A stretch of DNA of 64,000 bases, taken from an uncultured Planctomycetota bacterium. GTDB taxonomy: Bacteria > Planctomycetota > PLA2 > JAEUHO01. Made by a program: the position numbers and the translations under genes. The notes under the pieces are model-generated. The model did no database searches. It worked only from the letters and a program-made list of their open reading frames with translations, and was not told the DNA's origin. The stretch is from positions 256,001 to 320,000 of the forward strand of contig CAVVXN010000001.1 in assembly GCA_963752285.1 (NCBI GenBank), written 5' to 3'. Of the stretch, positions 47,234 through 56,499 are shown piece after piece; the stretch's first letter is position 1; each line of letters starts with the position of its first letter.

Positions 47234-47845
47234 TCAGCGGATGAACTCGACCACGTGCTGCATGTTCGTCTCGAACGGCCGGAAGATCTCCTCGCCGGTC
47301 GGGACCCGCAGCACCTTGACGGTCAGCTCCTCACGGTTGACCTCGAGCCAGCCGGGGACGATCGAGCCCGCGTCGGCCGCCTCGGCGATCGTGGTCACGG
47401 CCTTCTTGCTCTTGTCGCGCACGGTGACGACGTCGCCCTCGCTCACCTGGAACGAAGGCCGGTCGACCTTGTGGTCGTTCACGCGGATGTGGCCGTGGAC
47501 GACGAGCTGCCGCGCCTGCCAGATCGTGCGGGCGAGGGCCGCGCGGCGCACCACGTTGTCGAGACGACGCTCGAGGAGCTCGTTCAGCTTCTCGATCGTG
47601 TTGGTCTTCGTGCGCGACGCCTCCGCCATGTAGCGGCGGAACTGCTTGTCGCTGATGTGATAGAAGAAGCAGAGCTTCTGCTTCTCCTGAAGGCGCTCGC
47701 CGAACTGCGTCATCTTGCGGCGACGCTTGAAGCCGTGCATGCCGGGGCCGCGCTCGACGTCGGCCTTCATGTGCTTCGAGGTCTCGGCGACGGGCGCGTG
47801 GACGCGCCGGCTCAAGCGGACCTTCGGTCCCGTGTAGCGACCCAT
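47234..47845 (-). CDS. rpsD: 30S ribosomal protein S4
   Basis: MGRYTGPKVRLSRR, PGMHG, LQEKQKL, LLERRLDNVV, ARQLVVHGHIRVN, VVEF. Confidence 0.97.
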   Translation of the reverse strand: MGRYTGPKVRLSRRVHAPVAETSKHMKADVERGPGMHGFKRRRKMTQFGERLQEKQKLCFFYHISDKQFRRYMAEASRTKTNTIEKLNELLERRLDNVVRRAALARTIWQARQLVVHGHIRVNDHKVDRPSFQVSEGDVVTVRDKSKKAVTTIAEAADAGSIVPGWLEVNREELTVKVLRVPTGEEIFRPFETNMQHVVEFIR

Positions 47846-47955
47846 GGCGGGGCTCCGATCGACTGGATCCCTGGACGGGCGCGGCCGGGGCGCGGCCCAC
47901 GGGCCGGCCGACCGCGGCTCCGGGACGTCGCGCCCGGAGCACCAGCGAGCCGAAG

Positions 47956-47983
47956 AGGGTACCCCCGGCGAGGCGGGCGGCAA
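47956..47983 (-). promoter_or_regulatory. Candidate sigma70-type promoter for rpsD
   Basis: Minus strand TTGCCG-16 nt-TACCCT, about 110 nt upstream of the rpsD ATG. Confidence 0.4.
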
Positions 47984-48079
47984 GCCGGGGTCCCGACCCC
48001 GGGCGGCCCGACGCCCTGGAGGTCGGGCGGACGAGGGTCCCGCGGCCGCGTACCCTTCACGCTTTGCCCGGAGAGCCCC

Positions 48080-49717
48080 ATGTCGAGGAACGCCCTCCTC
48101 CTCCTCGCGGTCGCCGCCGGCCTCCTCGGCGGCCTCCAGGCGCGCGCGGCCGGCGACGCCCTCCGCGTGCCGACCACGTACGTCACGAGCGCCGAGGAAC
48201 GGGGCCTCGCGAACGACGTGCACCAGCGCCTGGCGGAGGGACCGCAGGTCCCGATCGCGCTGAGCGCGAAGGTGCCCGCGGGGACCGCGCGGGTCCCCGC
48301 CGGGACGCTGCGCCGCTACGGGAGCCTCGAGGCCGGCGGGCGCGCGTGGCCGTTCGTCCTGGCCGCCGACGCGTCGGGCCAGGGCGTCCTCGCGCTCGAC
48401 CCCGACGGCGACGGCAGCTACGGCGGCCCGGGGGCGGAGGCCCGCACGACGGGACGCGCCGTCAAGAGCCGCGGCCGCGCGGCCACGCGCTGGACGTTTC
48501 CCGACCTGCCCTTCGGCCCGGCGCGGACGTCGTTCGAGATCCTCGACGTCGGGCCGGAGAGAAAGGCCGTCCTCGTCACCTCCGACGGCGCAGAGCCCCT
48601 CGCGCTCGCGGAGAAGGCGCCCGAGGGCGTCCGACCCGTGGGCGGCGACTGGCTCGTCTGCTACGCGTTGGTGCCGAGCGGCGGCTCCGACGTGCCGATC
48701 GCCTTCGTGCGGCAGGGGGACGAACGGCTGACGCTGCTCGTGGACCGGAACGGGAACGGGACGCTCGGCGAGACGCAGGAGGTCGTCCCGGTCCCGTTCG
48801 CGGGCCGCGAGGAGACGGCGAAGTACTGGAAGGTCGAGGACGTCGAGATCGGCGCCTCGCGCCTGACGCTGGCGTTCCAGGAGGTCGCCGGCGAGACGAG
48901 CGGCCGCCTCTCGGCGGCCGGCGCGCGGCGCGGCGAAGTCGACCTGAACGGACGGACGTGGGCGCTCCACCTGGTGGACGGGGATCTCGACGGCAGGTAC
49001 GGGTCGGCCGGCGACCTCTGGTGGTTCGGCCCCGAGGACCTGCTCGCGCACGTGAAGCGCCTCGGCCCGGACACGATGGTCGAGGGGACCGCGCCCTTCT
49101 TCGTGGACGGCCGCGCGTGGCGGATCCGGGGGCTCGAGAAGGACGGCACGGTGGTTCTGGAAGAGGCGCCCGACGCCGATCCCGAGTCGTACTTCCGCGC
49201 GCGCGGGGAACGCGTGAACCGAGAGCGGTGGTTCCCGAGGTTCGCCGAGGAGGAGAGCGCGTTCCGGCGCGACCACGACATGATCGCGGCACGCGCACGC
49301 GCCGCGAAGCCCCTCGCGTGGCGTCATGACGTAGACCTCGGCGCGGCGCTCGCCGAGGCCCGCCGCACGAACCGCCCCGTGTGCGTGGACTTCGAGGCCG
49401 ACTGGTGCGCGTGGTGCAAGCGGTTCGACTACTACGTCTATCCGGACGCGGAGGTCGCGAGCCTGCTCTCGCGCTTCGTGTGCGTGAAGATCAACCGCGA
49501 GTTCCACTTCCGCGGCGACTTCGAGCGCCTCGGCGGCACGAGTCTTCCGTACATCGTCTTCCTCGCCTCCGACGGGACGCCGCTCCGGTTCATGGTCGAG
49601 GACGAGAAAGGGCACGAGACGACGGCCTCGGGACCGCCGGGGTTCCAGTCGCCGGCCGTGTTCGCCGGGACCGTGCGGCGCGCGTGGGAGGCCTGGCAGC
49701 GGTCCCAGGCGCGCTGA
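48080..49717 (+). CDS. Exported protein with C-terminal thioredoxin-like domain
   Basis: Signal peptide; DxDGDG / DRNGNG / DGDLDG loops; VCVDFEADWCAWCK, FVCVKIN, LPYIVF. Confidence 0.82.
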   Translation: MSRNALLLLAVAAGLLGGLQARAAGDALRVPTTYVTSAEERGLANDVHQRLAEGPQVPIALSAKVPAGTARVPAGTLRRYGSLEAGGRAWPFVLAADASGQGVLALDPDGDGSYGGPGAEARTTGRAVKSRGRAATRWTFPDLPFGPARTSFEILDVGPERKAVLVTSDGAEPLALAEKAPEGVRPVGGDWLVCYALVPSGGSDVPIAFVRQGDERLTLLVDRNGNGTLGETQEVVPVPFAGREETAKYWKVEDVEIGASRLTLAFQEVAGETSGRLSAAGARRGEVDLNGRTWALHLVDGDLDGRYGSAGDLWWFGPEDLLAHVKRLGPDTMVEGTAPFFVDGRAWRIRGLEKDGTVVLEEAPDADPESYFRARGERVNRERWFPRFAEEESAFRRDHDMIAARARAAKPLAWRHDVDLGAALAEARRTNRPVCVDFEADWCAWCKRFDYYVYPDAEVASLLSRFVCVKINREFHFRGDFERLGGTSLPYIVFLASDGTPLRFMVEDEKGHETTASGPPGFQSPAVFAGTVRRAWEAWQRSQAR

Positions 49718-49741
49718 GGTGCGCGAGGCGAGGGAGGACCG

Positions 49742-50167
49742 ATGAGCGTCGTCTGGCTCGTGTTGATCGGTTTCGCGGCCGGGACGCTCGGGAGCCTGCT
49801 CGGGCTCGGCGGGGGGTTCCTGGTCGTGCCCGCCCTGATCCTGCTGCGAGGGCTCGACCCCCGCCTCGCGACCGGCACGTCCGTCGCCGTCATCGTGCCG
49901 ACGATGCTCGTCGCGCTCTGGCGGCGCGGCGCCGAGGGGCACGTCGACTGGCGGCTCGCCGCGCTCATCGCGATCGGCGCGGTCGTCGGGGCGTTCCTCG
50001 GCTCCTGGCTCGCCGGTCGTCTTCCGAGCGTCGTGATCCGGCGGGTCTTCGCCTTCGTGCTCCTCGGGCTCTCGGCGTTGCTCTTCTTCACCGACGGCCG
50101 GACCGCCGCGGCGCGATCCGGCCCCGCGGGCGCGGTCGGGTCGGGCTCCGTCACGCCCCCGCGGTGA
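49742..50167 (+). CDS. TauE/SafE (TSUP) family membrane protein, half-size
   Basis: GFAAGTLGSLLGLGGGFLVVPAL, ATGTS, VDW, GAVVGAFLGSWLA; RBS GGAGG. Confidence 0.82.
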   Translation: MSVVWLVLIGFAAGTLGSLLGLGGGFLVVPALILLRGLDPRLATGTSVAVIVPTMLVALWRRGAEGHVDWRLAALIAIGAVVGAFLGSWLAGRLPSVVIRRVFAFVLLGLSALLFFTDGRTAAARSGPAGAVGSGSVTPPR

Positions 50168-51116
50168 GCACGCCCTCGTCGAGCATGGCCTTCACCTTGC
50201 TCACGAGGTCGTCGCTCATGCGGTCCAAGTCGTACTCGTGACGCCAGCCCCAGTCGCGCCGCGCGGCGGTGTCGTCGAGCGCGCGGGGCCACGAGTCGAG
50301 GATCGCCTGCAGGCGCGGTACCGGCCCGAAGTCGATCTCGACGCCCGGCACGCGACGCCGCACGGCCTGGGCGAACTCCTCCGCGGTGGGGGCAATCGCG
50401 GCGATGTTGTAGATCGACCGTGTGAGCTCGGACCGCGGCGCCGCCGACAGCTCCAGCATCGCGCGGAGCGCGTCCGGCATGTACATGAACGGGATGCGCG
50501 CGCCGGGTTCGCAGAACGCCGTGTATCGCCCGGTGCGTAGGCCCTCCACGAACATGTAGAGCGCGTAGTCGCTCGTGCCGCCGCCGGGAACGCCGGCGTT
50601 GATGAGCCCCGGGAAGCGCACGCCGCGGAAGTCGAGGCCGAACCGCGCCTGGTAGTACTCGCCGAGGAGCTCCCCGGCCACCTTCGTCACGCCGTACATG
50701 GTCTGCGGTCGCATGGACGTGTCGTTCGGCACGGGGTCGGGCAGTCCGGGCCCGAACGCGGCGATCGTGCTCGCGAAGAACACCTGCTCGCACGCGAAGG
50801 TGCGCGCGGCCTCGAGCACGTTCAGCGTTCCGTCCATGTTCACGCGCCACGCCTGGTGCGGCATCGTCTCGCCGCGCGCCGAGAGGATCGCCGCGAGGTG
50901 GAACACGATCTCGGGCCGCGCGGCCTGGACCGCGTCGAACACCTCGGAGCGGAGCGTGACGTCGCCGCGCGTCCACGCGACGGCCTCCGGGCAGCCTTCC
51001 GGCCGGGGCGAGACGTCGAAGACGGCGACCTCGTCGCCGCGCTCCCGCAGGATCGGGAGGAGGTCGGTGCCCACCTGTCCGGCCGCGCCGGTGACGAGGA
51101 TTCTCATGCCCTCCAT
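50151..51116 (-). CDS. NAD-dependent epimerase/dehydratase family protein, likely SDR-type L-threonine 3-dehydrogenase
   Basis: ILVTGAAGQVG, HLAAILSARGE, STIAAFGP, PQTMYGVTK, PGGGTSDYA, PFMYMPDA. Confidence 0.82.
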   Translation of the reverse strand: MEGMRILVTGAAGQVGTDLLPILRERGDEVAVFDVSPRPEGCPEAVAWTRGDVTLRSEVFDAVQAARPEIVFHLAAILSARGETMPHQAWRVNMDGTLNVLEAARTFACEQVFFASTIAAFGPGLPDPVPNDTSMRPQTMYGVTKVAGELLGEYYQARFGLDFRGVRFPGLINAGVPGGGTSDYALYMFVEGLRTGRYTAFCEPGARIPFMYMPDALRAMLELSAAPRSELTRSIYNIAAIAPTAEEFAQAVRRRVPGVEIDFGPVPRLQAILDSWPRALDDTAARRDWGWRHEYDLDRMSDDLVSKVKAMLDEGVLTAGA

Positions 51117-51272
51117 GATCCCGGCGGCCCGGGCGACGGAGAACCGTTTGCCTCACCGCTCGCCCCGCCCGGGTGGGCGCGATCTTCCCGGCCCGGGCGG
51201 GCGCGCGCGGGGCGGGCGCCGTTTCCGCAGCCCCGGAGGGGCCCCGCGGGCGCGCCCCCCGTTCGCGTCGCC

Positions 51273-52181
51273 TCAGTCGGTCTCCTCGACCGCGGCCCGT
51301 CGGAAGCGCTCCGCGAGCAGACGGAGCAGGTCGGTGGCGAGCAGGCTCGGATGGCGGTCCTTGCGCCGTACGACGGCGAGCCGGCGCTGGGGGAACCCCC
51401 CGGGGAGGGGGCGGATCACCATGCGCTCGCGGTCGCTCTCGGTGACGACCATGTCGGGCAGGATCGTGAGCCCCATCCCGCCCGCGACGTACGCCTTCAC
51501 GACCTCGAGGTTGCCCGAGTCCATCACCACGTTCAGTCGCACGCCGGCGTCGCGGAGCGTGCGCTCGAGGAGCGCCCGCGTCTCGGCCGGGCGCGCGAGG
51601 AGCACCGCCGACTGGCCGTGGAGGTCGGAGAGCACGATCTCGGGTCGGTTCTCCAGCGCGTGTCCCGGCGGCAGCGCGAGCCAGAACCGCTCGACCAGGA
51701 TCGTCCGGCCCCACAGCAGGGGATCGAGCCATGGAGGGCGGGTGACGATGCCGATGTCCGCCTCGCGCCGCATGACCAGGTCGAGGACGCGGCGCGACGC
51801 GTGGTTCCGGATCGAGAGCTCGGCGAGCGGTCGGAGCGCGCGGAAGGCCGAGAGCACGGGCGGGAGCAGGTAGAGCGCGACCGTGTCGCCGCACGCCAGG
51901 ATCACGCTCCCTCGCTCCGGCGCCTCCAGCTCGCGGATGCGGCGCGTCGCGTCCTCCATCGCGCCGAGGATCACGTCGGCCGCCTCGAGCAGGACCTTCC
52001 CGGCGGTCGTCAGCCGAACGCCGCGCGCGTCCCGCTCCATGAGGCGGGCGCCCACCTCCTGCTCGAGGGATTTGACGTGGAGGCTCACCCCGGGCTGGGT
52101 CATGCGCAGGGTCTTGGCCGCGCCGGTGAAGGAGCCCTCGCGGACCACCTCGCGGAAGGACTGGAGCTGACGGATCTCCAT
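51273..52181 (-). CDS. LysR family transcriptional regulator
   Basis: GSFTGAAKTLRMTQPGVSLHVKSLEQEVG..LMER..VRLTTAG HTH; substrate-binding domain. Confidence 0.95.
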   Translation of the reverse strand: MEIRQLQSFREVVREGSFTGAAKTLRMTQPGVSLHVKSLEQEVGARLMERDARGVRLTTAGKVLLEAADVILGAMEDATRRIRELEAPERGSVILACGDTVALYLLPPVLSAFRALRPLAELSIRNHASRRVLDLVMRREADIGIVTRPPWLDPLLWGRTILVERFWLALPPGHALENRPEIVLSDLHGQSAVLLARPAETRALLERTLRDAGVRLNVVMDSGNLEVVKAYVAGGMGLTILPDMVVTESDRERMVIRPLPGGFPQRRLAVVRRKDRHPSLLATDLLRLLAERFRRAAVEETD

Positions 52182-52205
52182 TCAGGGTGGCACCGATCCC
52201 CCCCC

Positions 52206-52220
52206 ATCAGCGCCGCTTAT
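52206..52220. promoter_or_regulatory. Candidate LysR T-N11-A binding site
   Basis: ATCAG-CGCCG-CTTAT imperfect palindrome about 25 nt upstream of the LysR start. Confidence 0.45.
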
Positions 52221-52240
52221 GCCCCGGGGGGCGATCCGCG

Positions 52241-55081
52241 TCAACGTCCGGGGGGCGAATTCGCGGCGTGGGTCACCCGGACCTGGGCCCGCGCGGTCTG
52301 GCCGGGCCGGACCTCGACCCACACCGGGGCGGGGGTCGTGACGCCGGCGCCGGTGGCGGAGACCTGATAGCGGCCGGGCGGCACGAACCGTCGGAGGTTC
52401 GTACCGTTCGGGTCGGTCTGCATCAGCTCCTGCCACGTGTTCGGGCCGAAGCGAACGCCCTCCTTCTGGAGGGCGTTCCAGTTGGGCCACACCTGCGCAC
52501 CCGTGGAGCTCGTGACCATCACCTGCGCGCCGGCCACGGCCTGTCCGTTCTCGTCGCTCACGATCGCTAGGACCGCGCCGGGCGGACGCTCGCGGAGCTC
52601 GAGGGTCCGCTGCTCGCCCGCCTGGAGCTCGACCTGTTCCGAGAACCACACGCCGCTCGGCGGCCAGACCGAGACGGTGTACGTGCCCGAGCCGAGACCC
52701 CGGAGCACGAAGCGCCCCTCGGCGTCGGTCTGCGCCCACGCGCCGGGGAGGGCCGTGCCGCCCGCGTTGCCGCTCGCGCCGACGCGCGCGTTCTCGATCG
52801 CCTCGCCCGTCTCGTCGTTGACCACGCGGCCCTCGATCGTCGCGCCGGCGGTCAGGACGAGGCGGGCGTGGCTCGCGCGCCCGTCCACCACGGAGACGCG
52901 CACGGGCTCGACGCCGATCAGCCCCGCGGGACTCGTGACGATCAGGTCGTACTCGCCCTGCGCGAGGCCTTCGAGGCGGAAGGTCCCGTCGTCGGGGCTG
53001 AACGTGCCGTTCGACGCGTTCCCGTACGGCCGGATCATGCGCCGGTTGACGCGGCTCTGGTTCTCTTGCTGCACGCCGCGGGCCTCGACCATGAAGGTGC
53101 CGGCGTAGCCGCGGCCGTCGAGCTCGACCACCCCGTCTACCCAGCCCAGCGGGGTCATCACGACGTCGACGTCCGAGGTTCCACCCTCGACGTGCTGCTG
53201 CGGCTCGCTCCGGAAGCCCGACGCGCTCGCGGTGATCCGGTACTCGGTCCGGCTCACGCCGTAGAGGACGAAGCGACCGTCGCTCTGCGAGCGCGCCTGG
53301 ATCCAACCGATGCCGTAGTAGATGCGCTCGCCGCGCTGCTCGGGCTGCGCCGACACGTACGCGCCCGCGACGGGGCTCCCCTTCGCGTCGTGCACGTGGC
53401 CTTCGATCCGAAGGCCCTCGCCGAGGACCAGGTGGCGCGTGGCCGGCTGCCCGAGGGTCATGCGGACCGGCTCCGGGTCCGTGACGCTGTCGAGCCCGGA
53501 CGTGACCGTGAGGCGGTAGACCGAGACCGGCACGTCGGCGATCGTGAAGGCGCCCGCGTCGTCCGTGACGGTGTCCAGCCGCACGTGCTCCGGGTTCTGG
53601 AGCGCCTGGAGCATGCCCCAGTCCATCCGACCGTTGCCCTCCTTCTGGACCGTGGCCCAGTCCACCTGGAGGGCGACGAGCGCGCCCGACACGGGGGCGC
53701 CCGCCCCGTCCGTTACCGTCCCGGAGAGCGCGGCGTTGCCGCTCAGCGTGATCGTCAGGTCGGGCGCGGCCTGGCCGGCCGGCGGGACCCGGGCCCAGCC
53801 CACGCCCACGCCGCGCCCCGGCGCCGTCGCCACGATCTGCGCGGAGTTGCCCTGGCCGCGCACGGTCGGCGAGGCGGGCAGCTCGAACGTGCCGTCGCTC
53901 TGCGTCGTCGTCGCGATCTTCGTCTCGCCCGGTTGCTGCCACGAGTACGTGACCTCGGCGCCCGGAACGGACTGGCCGTCCACGTCCACCACGCGGCCCT
54001 TGAAGCTCACCTTGTCGGTGGGGATCTGGACGTCCACCGTCATCCGGCCGCCACCGACGTCCTGGACCTGGATGTACTTCGTCACCCCGGGACCGGTGGG
54101 GCCCGTGGCCTCGAGCATCGCCTGCTGCCCCTGACCCACGTACGACTTGATCTCGAAGTGGCCGCGTTCGTCGGACGTGACGGGGCCCGTGGGCTCGATC
54201 CAGTACTGGTTCGGGTAGCGCAGGCGGATCGACGCGCCGACGACGGGCAGGTTCCCACCCTCGTCGAGGGTCCGGCCTTCGATGACGACCGGCTCGGAGA
54301 GGACCACGGTGCGCGTCGTGGTCTGGCCCGGCGAGACGGCCACGTCGCCCTGCTGGAGGGAGGCGTACCCGGCGCTCGTGACCACGAGGCTGCCCGTGCC
54401 GGTCGGCAGCGACGCGAACGTCGCCTTCCCGTCCCGGTCGGTCTTGCCCTCGGTCACGACGCTCCCGGCCTGGTGGAGCACGACGGCGTCCGCGACGAGC
54501 GCGCCCTCCTTGCCCTTCACGATCACCACGAGCCCGCCGCCGCGGTCGAGGACGAGATCGACGCGGTAGCCGCGACGCTTCACGTCCACGAGCGTCGGGG
54601 CGTACCCCGCCGCCTCCGCGCGGACGCGAAGGCGCGACTCGGGGGCCGGCCCCACCAGGTACTCGCCGTTCCCGTCGGTCGTCGCCGTGGCGATCGGCGG
54701 GGGATCCCTCTCGAGCGAGCCGGGCCACCACGCCCGACGGCCCGACGCGTCGATCAGCTTCACGCTCGCGCCGGAGACGGGGTTCCCGCCGCCGTCCGTG
54801 ACGCGGCCGAAGACACCCTCCTCGCGCGGAAACTTGGGCTGGGCCTCCTCGGCCGCGCGGGCCGCGGCGATCTCCTCGGCCGTGGGCGCCGCGCGGGCGC
54901 CCGGCGCCGAGGCGAGCGAGGCCGCGCCCGGCGCCGTGGAGACGGCGTCGCCCGCCGCGTACGCGTCCGGGCGGTCGAGAACCGATCCCCCGTGGCCGAG
55001 CGCGCCGCTGGTCATCAGCCACGCGACGCCCCCCACCGCCGCCAGACACACGAGCGCGAGGGCCCAGGTGGTTCGCGACAT
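52241..55081 (-). CDS. Membrane-anchored protein with tandem carboxypeptidase regulatory-like (beta-sandwich) repeats
   Basis: N-terminal TM helix; about nine repeats of G.V.D..G.PV.GA.V...T(D)..G.F; RBS AAGGGGG. Confidence 0.85.
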   Translation of the reverse strand: MSRTTWALALVCLAAVGGVAWLMTSGALGHGGSVLDRPDAYAAGDAVSTAPGAASLASAPGARAAPTAEEIAAARAAEEAQPKFPREEGVFGRVTDGGGNPVSGASVKLIDASGRRAWWPGSLERDPPPIATATTDGNGEYLVGPAPESRLRVRAEAAGYAPTLVDVKRRGYRVDLVLDRGGGLVVIVKGKEGALVADAVVLHQAGSVVTEGKTDRDGKATFASLPTGTGSLVVTSAGYASLQQGDVAVSPGQTTTRTVVLSEPVVIEGRTLDEGGNLPVVGASIRLRYPNQYWIEPTGPVTSDERGHFEIKSYVGQGQQAMLEATGPTGPGVTKYIQVQDVGGGRMTVDVQIPTDKVSFKGRVVDVDGQSVPGAEVTYSWQQPGETKIATTTQSDGTFELPASPTVRGQGNSAQIVATAPGRGVGVGWARVPPAGQAAPDLTITLSGNAALSGTVTDGAGAPVSGALVALQVDWATVQKEGNGRMDWGMLQALQNPEHVRLDTVTDDAGAFTIADVPVSVYRLTVTSGLDSVTDPEPVRMTLGQPATRHLVLGEGLRIEGHVHDAKGSPVAGAYVSAQPEQRGERIYYGIGWIQARSQSDGRFVLYGVSRTEYRITASASGFRSEPQQHVEGGTSDVDVVMTPLGWVDGVVELDGRGYAGTFMVEARGVQQENQSRVNRRMIRPYGNASNGTFSPDDGTFRLEGLAQGEYDLIVTSPAGLIGVEPVRVSVVDGRASHARLVLTAGATIEGRVVNDETGEAIENARVGASGNAGGTALPGAWAQTDAEGRFVLRGLGSGTYTVSVWPPSGVWFSEQVELQAGEQRTLELRERPPGAVLAIVSDENGQAVAGAQVMVTSSTGAQVWPNWNALQKEGVRFGPNTWQELMQTDPNGTNLRRFVPPGRYQVSATGAGVTTPAPVWVEVRPGQTARAQVRVTHAANSPPGR

Positions 55082-55098
55082 CCCGTCACCCCCCTTGG

Positions 55099-55833
55099 TC
55101 AAGGCAGCCAGCTTCCCTCCAGCGGGACGTTCTCCGCCACGCGTCGGGTCCCACCCCCCGGCAACGTCAGCTCGAGCTCGAGCGTCAGCATTGCGCGGAA
55201 GAGGCCCGCGGCGGGGTCCTTCGCGAAGTCGAGGGTCAGGATCGCGTCCTCCCCGCCGCCCTCCGCCGGGCGGACCTCGACCCGCCACGGCTTCTCCGGA
55301 CGGACCGTGGCGCGGGCCACGTGCACCTGGCACCCGGCTCCGGGCCGCACGCTCACCTTCCACGACCTGGCCTTCGCCGCGTCGTCCACGCGACCGATGC
55401 GGATGCTCTCGGGCGTCACCGAGTGCGTCAGGAACGGGTCGGCCTCGAGGTGGATCAGCACGTTCGACGACCCCGCGTCGTCGCTCATGACGGTCAGGAC
55501 CTTTCCGCGGAGGCGCTCCGGCGAGATCCGGCCCGAGTGGAACGTGACGGGGACCGCGCGACGCTCGCCCGGCTCGATCGTGCGGAGGAACGTGCCCACG
55601 CTGAAGCACGCGCAGTTCGGCGTGACCGCGGACACGAACACCGTGCGACGCCCGTGGTTCTCGAGCACGAGGTTCATCGTCGGCTCGTCCTTGTACGGCA
55701 CCGCGCCGAAGTCGAGCGTCGCGGGCGTCGCGACGAGACCGTCCTCCTGGCCGCAGCCGGAGAGGAGGAAGGCGGACGAGACGAAGGCGAGCACGAGGAG
55801 CGAGGCGGAGCACGGCGGGCGCATGCGACCCAT
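55099..55833 (-). CDS. DUF1573 / Ig-like domain lipoprotein
   Basis: Lipobox LLSGC; LDFGAV, LENHG, VTPNCAC, IEPGE. Confidence 0.72.
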   Translation of the reverse strand: MGRMRPPCSASLLVLAFVSSAFLLSGCGQEDGLVATPATLDFGAVPYKDEPTMNLVLENHGRRTVFVSAVTPNCACFSVGTFLRTIEPGERRAVPVTFHSGRISPERLRGKVLTVMSDDAGSSNVLIHLEADPFLTHSVTPESIRIGRVDDAAKARSWKVSVRPGAGCQVHVARATVRPEKPWRVEVRPAEGGGEDAILTLDFAKDPAAGLFRAMLTLELELTLPGGGTRRVAENVPLEGSWLP

Positions 55834-55918
55834 ACCTTATCTCCCCCTCGATCCGCCGCGGCCCGGTGCCCCCTTGGACGCGCGCGTCGTGCGCGGGGTT
55901 CCCCCGGGTCGGGCGCCC

Positions 55919-56410
55919 TCAGCGCATGCCGGGCGGCGTCGGCAGCGGCCCGCTCGGGGGGAGCGCGACGGCGGGGGCGCGTTCCACGACCGGGACGGCC
56001 ACGCCGGCCGAGGCGTCCGGTCGGGGACCGGCCGAGGGGGCGACGGGCGCCGCCGCGGCGCGAGATCCGTCCGGCGACGCGAGGGGTGCCGCGGGCGGTG
56101 GGACCGCGCTCTCGGGCGGGTGCGGCGCGGTCTCGACCACGAGCGCGCCGGCGACGCCGCTCGTGAGGTACCGGGACCCCGCATCCGAGGTCACGCCCTT
56201 CGAGCGGGGCGGGGCCTCGCGCGACGGGGTCCGCGGCGTCGTTCCGCCGGTCGTCGTGGCGCCCGTCGTCGTGGCGCCCGTCGTCGTGGCGCCCGTCGTC
56301 GTGGCGACGGTCCCCGTGGGCACCGGAGTGGGCTCGGCCGTGGCGCAGCCGGCCACACCGCACGCGAGTGCGAACAGGATCCCGGCGCTGTGGATGGTAC
56401 GCCGTTCCAT
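55919..56410 (-). CDS. Small Pro/Thr-rich low-complexity lipoprotein
   Basis: Lipobox VAGC; (ATTTG)n repeat; start could also be 56425 or 56458. Confidence 0.5.
   Translation of the reverse strand: MERRTIHSAGILFALACGVAGCATAEPTPVPTGTVATTTGATTTGATTTGATTTGGTTPRTPSREAPPRSKGVTSDAGSRYLTSGVAGALVVETAPHPPESAVPPPAAPLASPDGSRAAAAPVAPSAGPRPDASAGVAVPVVERAPAVALPPSGPLPTPPGMR
56250..56306. repeat. 15-bp tandem repeat GTCGTCGTGGCGCCC, 3.8 copies
   Basis: Three perfect units at 56250, 56265 and 56280 plus 12 nt of a fourth; encodes GATTT repeats on the minus strand. Confidence 0.95.
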
Positions 56411-56499
56411 CCGTCGGCCGACCATGGCGCCTTCTCCCCCGGGGCTCACCCCCGGCACTGCTCTAGGGTAACCCGGCTCGAGCCGGGGGAGGCCGCTGG

